From Balanoglossus misakiensis (Eukaryota > Animalia > Hemichordata), in NCBI GenBank assembly GCA_040954595.2, contig CM082585.2, positions 5,729,808 through 5,793,807 of the forward strand: DNA of 64,000 nucleotides, read 5' to 3'. The notes beneath the pieces were generated by a model. It did not search any database. It was not told the origin of the DNA and worked only from the letters and a program-made list of their open reading frames with translations. Positions 51,944-64,000 of this stretch are shown piece after piece. The position numbers and the translations under genes were made by a program. Position 1 is the stretch's first letter, and the number at the start of each line of letters is the position of its first letter.

Positions 51944-54900
51944 ATAATTAAACAGACGTTTGAAGTATTCTTTGAAGAGTCTATGGCTACTGATTATGTT
52001 GACAGCATCTTTGGTGGCATCATTTTTATCGTTCAGCGCCGGAAATTTTTTGTGGGGAAAGTTCATAAGATGTGGTGAGAGGTCATGAGGCAGTCAGTGT
52101 TGATTGGTCAGTGAACCCCGTAATTTCGAAAAAAAACAAAGGTACAAAAGGCGAGAAAGTCGGGGGGTTGGCTCATTACGACAGCTGTGCATCTAGCTGC
52201 AGAAGTAGAGCGGAGTTTTCTGTAATTGGTCGTTTGCTTCAGGGGAGACAGGTGCATGGATGTGTATGCGATTAGATCTTGCACTGTCACTGCAGATCTT
52301 GAACCGCCAGGGCCCAGGTAAGCACCTTGACCCTTTAATTGGCACACTTTTTGCGATCAAAACGCGTCGCAACATTTTTATCGTTTCCGCACATTTTCAC
52401 CCTATTTTTCGCTTAATTTTAGACCAAGTTGTCATAATTTTTCATTGTCTGCGGGTCTTGATCAAAATTTTCTTTAAAAAAATACAGTAAAAGTTTCGAG
52501 ATTAATTTTTGTAGCTAATGACGACAAGTCACCTTTTGCATTGAAAAGGTTAAACTCAGCCTGAAGCAATGGTCGTCCTCTTCCAAGGCAGCAAAAATAC
52601 CACATAATTGTCACATGGTTTTCGCCTGACTGACAATCCCTAATGACATTTTCTCTAGCTTGCTAATTATGTAGAGGTACATGTAGTGTGCATGACAGTG
52701 ATTGTGGTTTATATGTACTCTGTAGGTTCAACTCAAGTGTGTGAACTGGGACATTTGTTTTGATGTCATAAAATGGCTGACGTGCACTTTACCAAAACTT
52801 ACACAAAGCCTGTGATGCTAATTCTGGCTACCTTAAATTAGGTTTTTAACTAGTGCTTAAGTGGTTAAATAATTTGATAATTATTCAAATGTTGTTTAGT
52901 GGTTTCAACATGTTTGAGAAATCTAGCAAGACTTTAAGATTTAGACTGTGCCTGATCAGGAAAGAGTTGATTATGTAGTAGACCGAAAATCTCATTTCCA
53001 ATGAAAAGAAAACATAGTACATATTCAGTAAAGGTGTGATTGACTTCAAAGGGGTTGCCTGCAGTCTCACCATCTCAGCACCTACGGTGTCACTGTGCGA
53101 GTACGCAAGATTGAAGGTGTTGACGTACTTGCCTGGCACTGTACTTGTCCGAATTGCCTTTGTCGTGTCACCGGGTAATTTATGCGTCCGGTGTACAACC
53201 TCTTCAGAAAAATGCCGACTCACTGTTTCATTTACGCAGGTGTAACATGAACCCTCATAGGTCTACACAGAGAATAAACATTGTATACCGACAGCCGTGT
53301 TTCTATGGAAACGAAATGCTTAAGACATCGCACGATACCGGTACAAAATAAATACCCATGGTTATAAATATAAGAGCGTACAATACATGCATATTTATGG
53401 TCATTTTATGCGTGTACTATTATTATTTCTACGGGGGTGTTTGAATCCTAGGTTTTTCACCTGTTGTGTCAACAGAATTCATTTTTCAAGTTCGCTTACG
53501 ATCAGTGCAAGGGCTGTAGTCCACTTCATACTGCCCTCGCTTGTTGATATATGAAAACAAGGTCATTTTCAGATATTTCAAACTGCATGTATCAACATGT
53601 ATAACATGCATGGCCTGTCCACATGAAAAATACAGCTGACTCAAATGACAGGGAAACATTTCATTTGTAAAATTGAGAAAAAAAAAGCCATCATATAAAT
53701 AATTTGTCCTCGGTATATGTATAGAACAAAATAAATCATTTATATCGCAGTGTACTGTCAGCCAACATTTCAAAGCATGGAGCATTCTGAGATTATTTTC
53801 AGATTAAAGGACTGTATTCTCATACGTATATGCATTGTGCATGGATACAAGTACCTATACATGAGACACACAGCACAACATGAAATACTAGTACAGTTGT
53901 AATAGGTGAATATTTGCTAGGAGATTTCTTACCAGTAGAAAAATGTCAAGTCCAGAAATACACACCAACATATCCACACTTTGTAAAAGAAAACAAACAA
54001 TTTATTTTTATACAGACAGACAATAGCTGAAAGATGATTCATTTTTGAGGTCAACTATAATAATACTCGTTTCACTATTATTGATATCATTCTACATGAA
54101 TGTACCGTATGTGTGTGACTTTATATGTATTTATATTTCGTACTAGCATTCAGATATTTACTTGTGACAAAAATCTTTTGAAAATATTTCACTGAGCTGA
54201 GCAACATGAATTGAAAGAAACTATTAAATAATTAAAATGATATCAGAAGTGAGCTACATGTACCTTTCCATGTTGATTGGTTGTATGTAAATTTGCAAAT
54301 GTTTTTTGTGACAAAGTTTTATGGTCAGAGACATAAAAAACTAAATCTTGACATGTCTATGATTTGCAGGTGTTAAACTCTGGAATGATATGGTCTATGA
54401 GTGCGTCGCACGAAAATGAAAACATAATTTCTATCCTTAAGAAGTTGTATTAATTGCGGTAAGATTTCATTATTAATTTTAATTAGACATATTAAGCAGG
54501 CATGGAATCTTGGCAAGGGTATATTTCACCTTTGTACAGTGGAAATACAACAAAAGAACATACATAATGAACACTGAGGGCGTTGTACAACAAACGAACA
54601 TAAACAATGAACACCGAGGGCACCATACTAGTTTGCCCATGCTGCAACCAAAACTTTTGGTAAATGTAAATGATATAGAACACAAAAAATAAACTCAAAA
54701 TGCCAAAAATCTTGAGAACTATGTAGTCTCATCTATAACCAGGACAGATTTATTTTTCAATCTTAATAAAAGTGAATGGAAGACAAATTTACCTGTGTAT
54801 TCAGGACATGTGCGCTATCATACTCCATATAAGTTACTTATTGCCTTAAGCAGAAAATCATTTAATATGTGTACAACATTATAAGTGTTCTTAAAGGTTC

Positions 54901-55062
54901 CCTGCCATTAATTTTATTATGAATTTTTAAAATTTTTATTACTTGTTTCATGAAGTAAAAATATGATGAGTGCAATGTATGGTCAAGTCCGTCCGCATAA
55001 CAGTAACGTTATTGCATTCTAACTTGTTGCTGTGTGATTTTAGCTTACTTCTTAGAATCAAT

Positions 55063-64000
<8,938 letters not shown>

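Overview
This is eukaryotic (animal) genomic DNA with GT-AG introns, many microsatellites and MITEs; an invertebrate deuterostome is my inference, not verified. Most short entries in the ORF track are exon fragments or noise. The window holds four main features. (1) A complete 27-coding-exon ABCC4/MRP4-like transporter gene on + (14219-29491, 1409 aa by my manual splicing). (2) An apparently intact non-LTR retrotransposon, RTE-X-like, on - (about 33625-38660 or 38980). (3) An orphan class A GPCR on - whose coding region has no intron (43690-45342). (4) The 5' part of an ABCC5/MRP5-like gene on + (55063 to the window end). The most striking observation is that the retrotransposon appears to use two recoding signals in one reading frame: a hydrophobic leader, then a 2A StopGo motif (GDVEMNPGP), then an L1-type ORF1p, then one in-frame UAG, then an endonuclease/RT ORF2 with no AUG before its first catalytic motifs. 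Other highlights are two calmodulin-binding-like motifs in the ABCC4 linker (where CFTR has its R domain), a 4x115-bp duplication that creates in-frame candidate mini-exons in ABCC5, and several MITE families with clear target-site duplications. All coordinates were read by eye, and no searches or computations were run.
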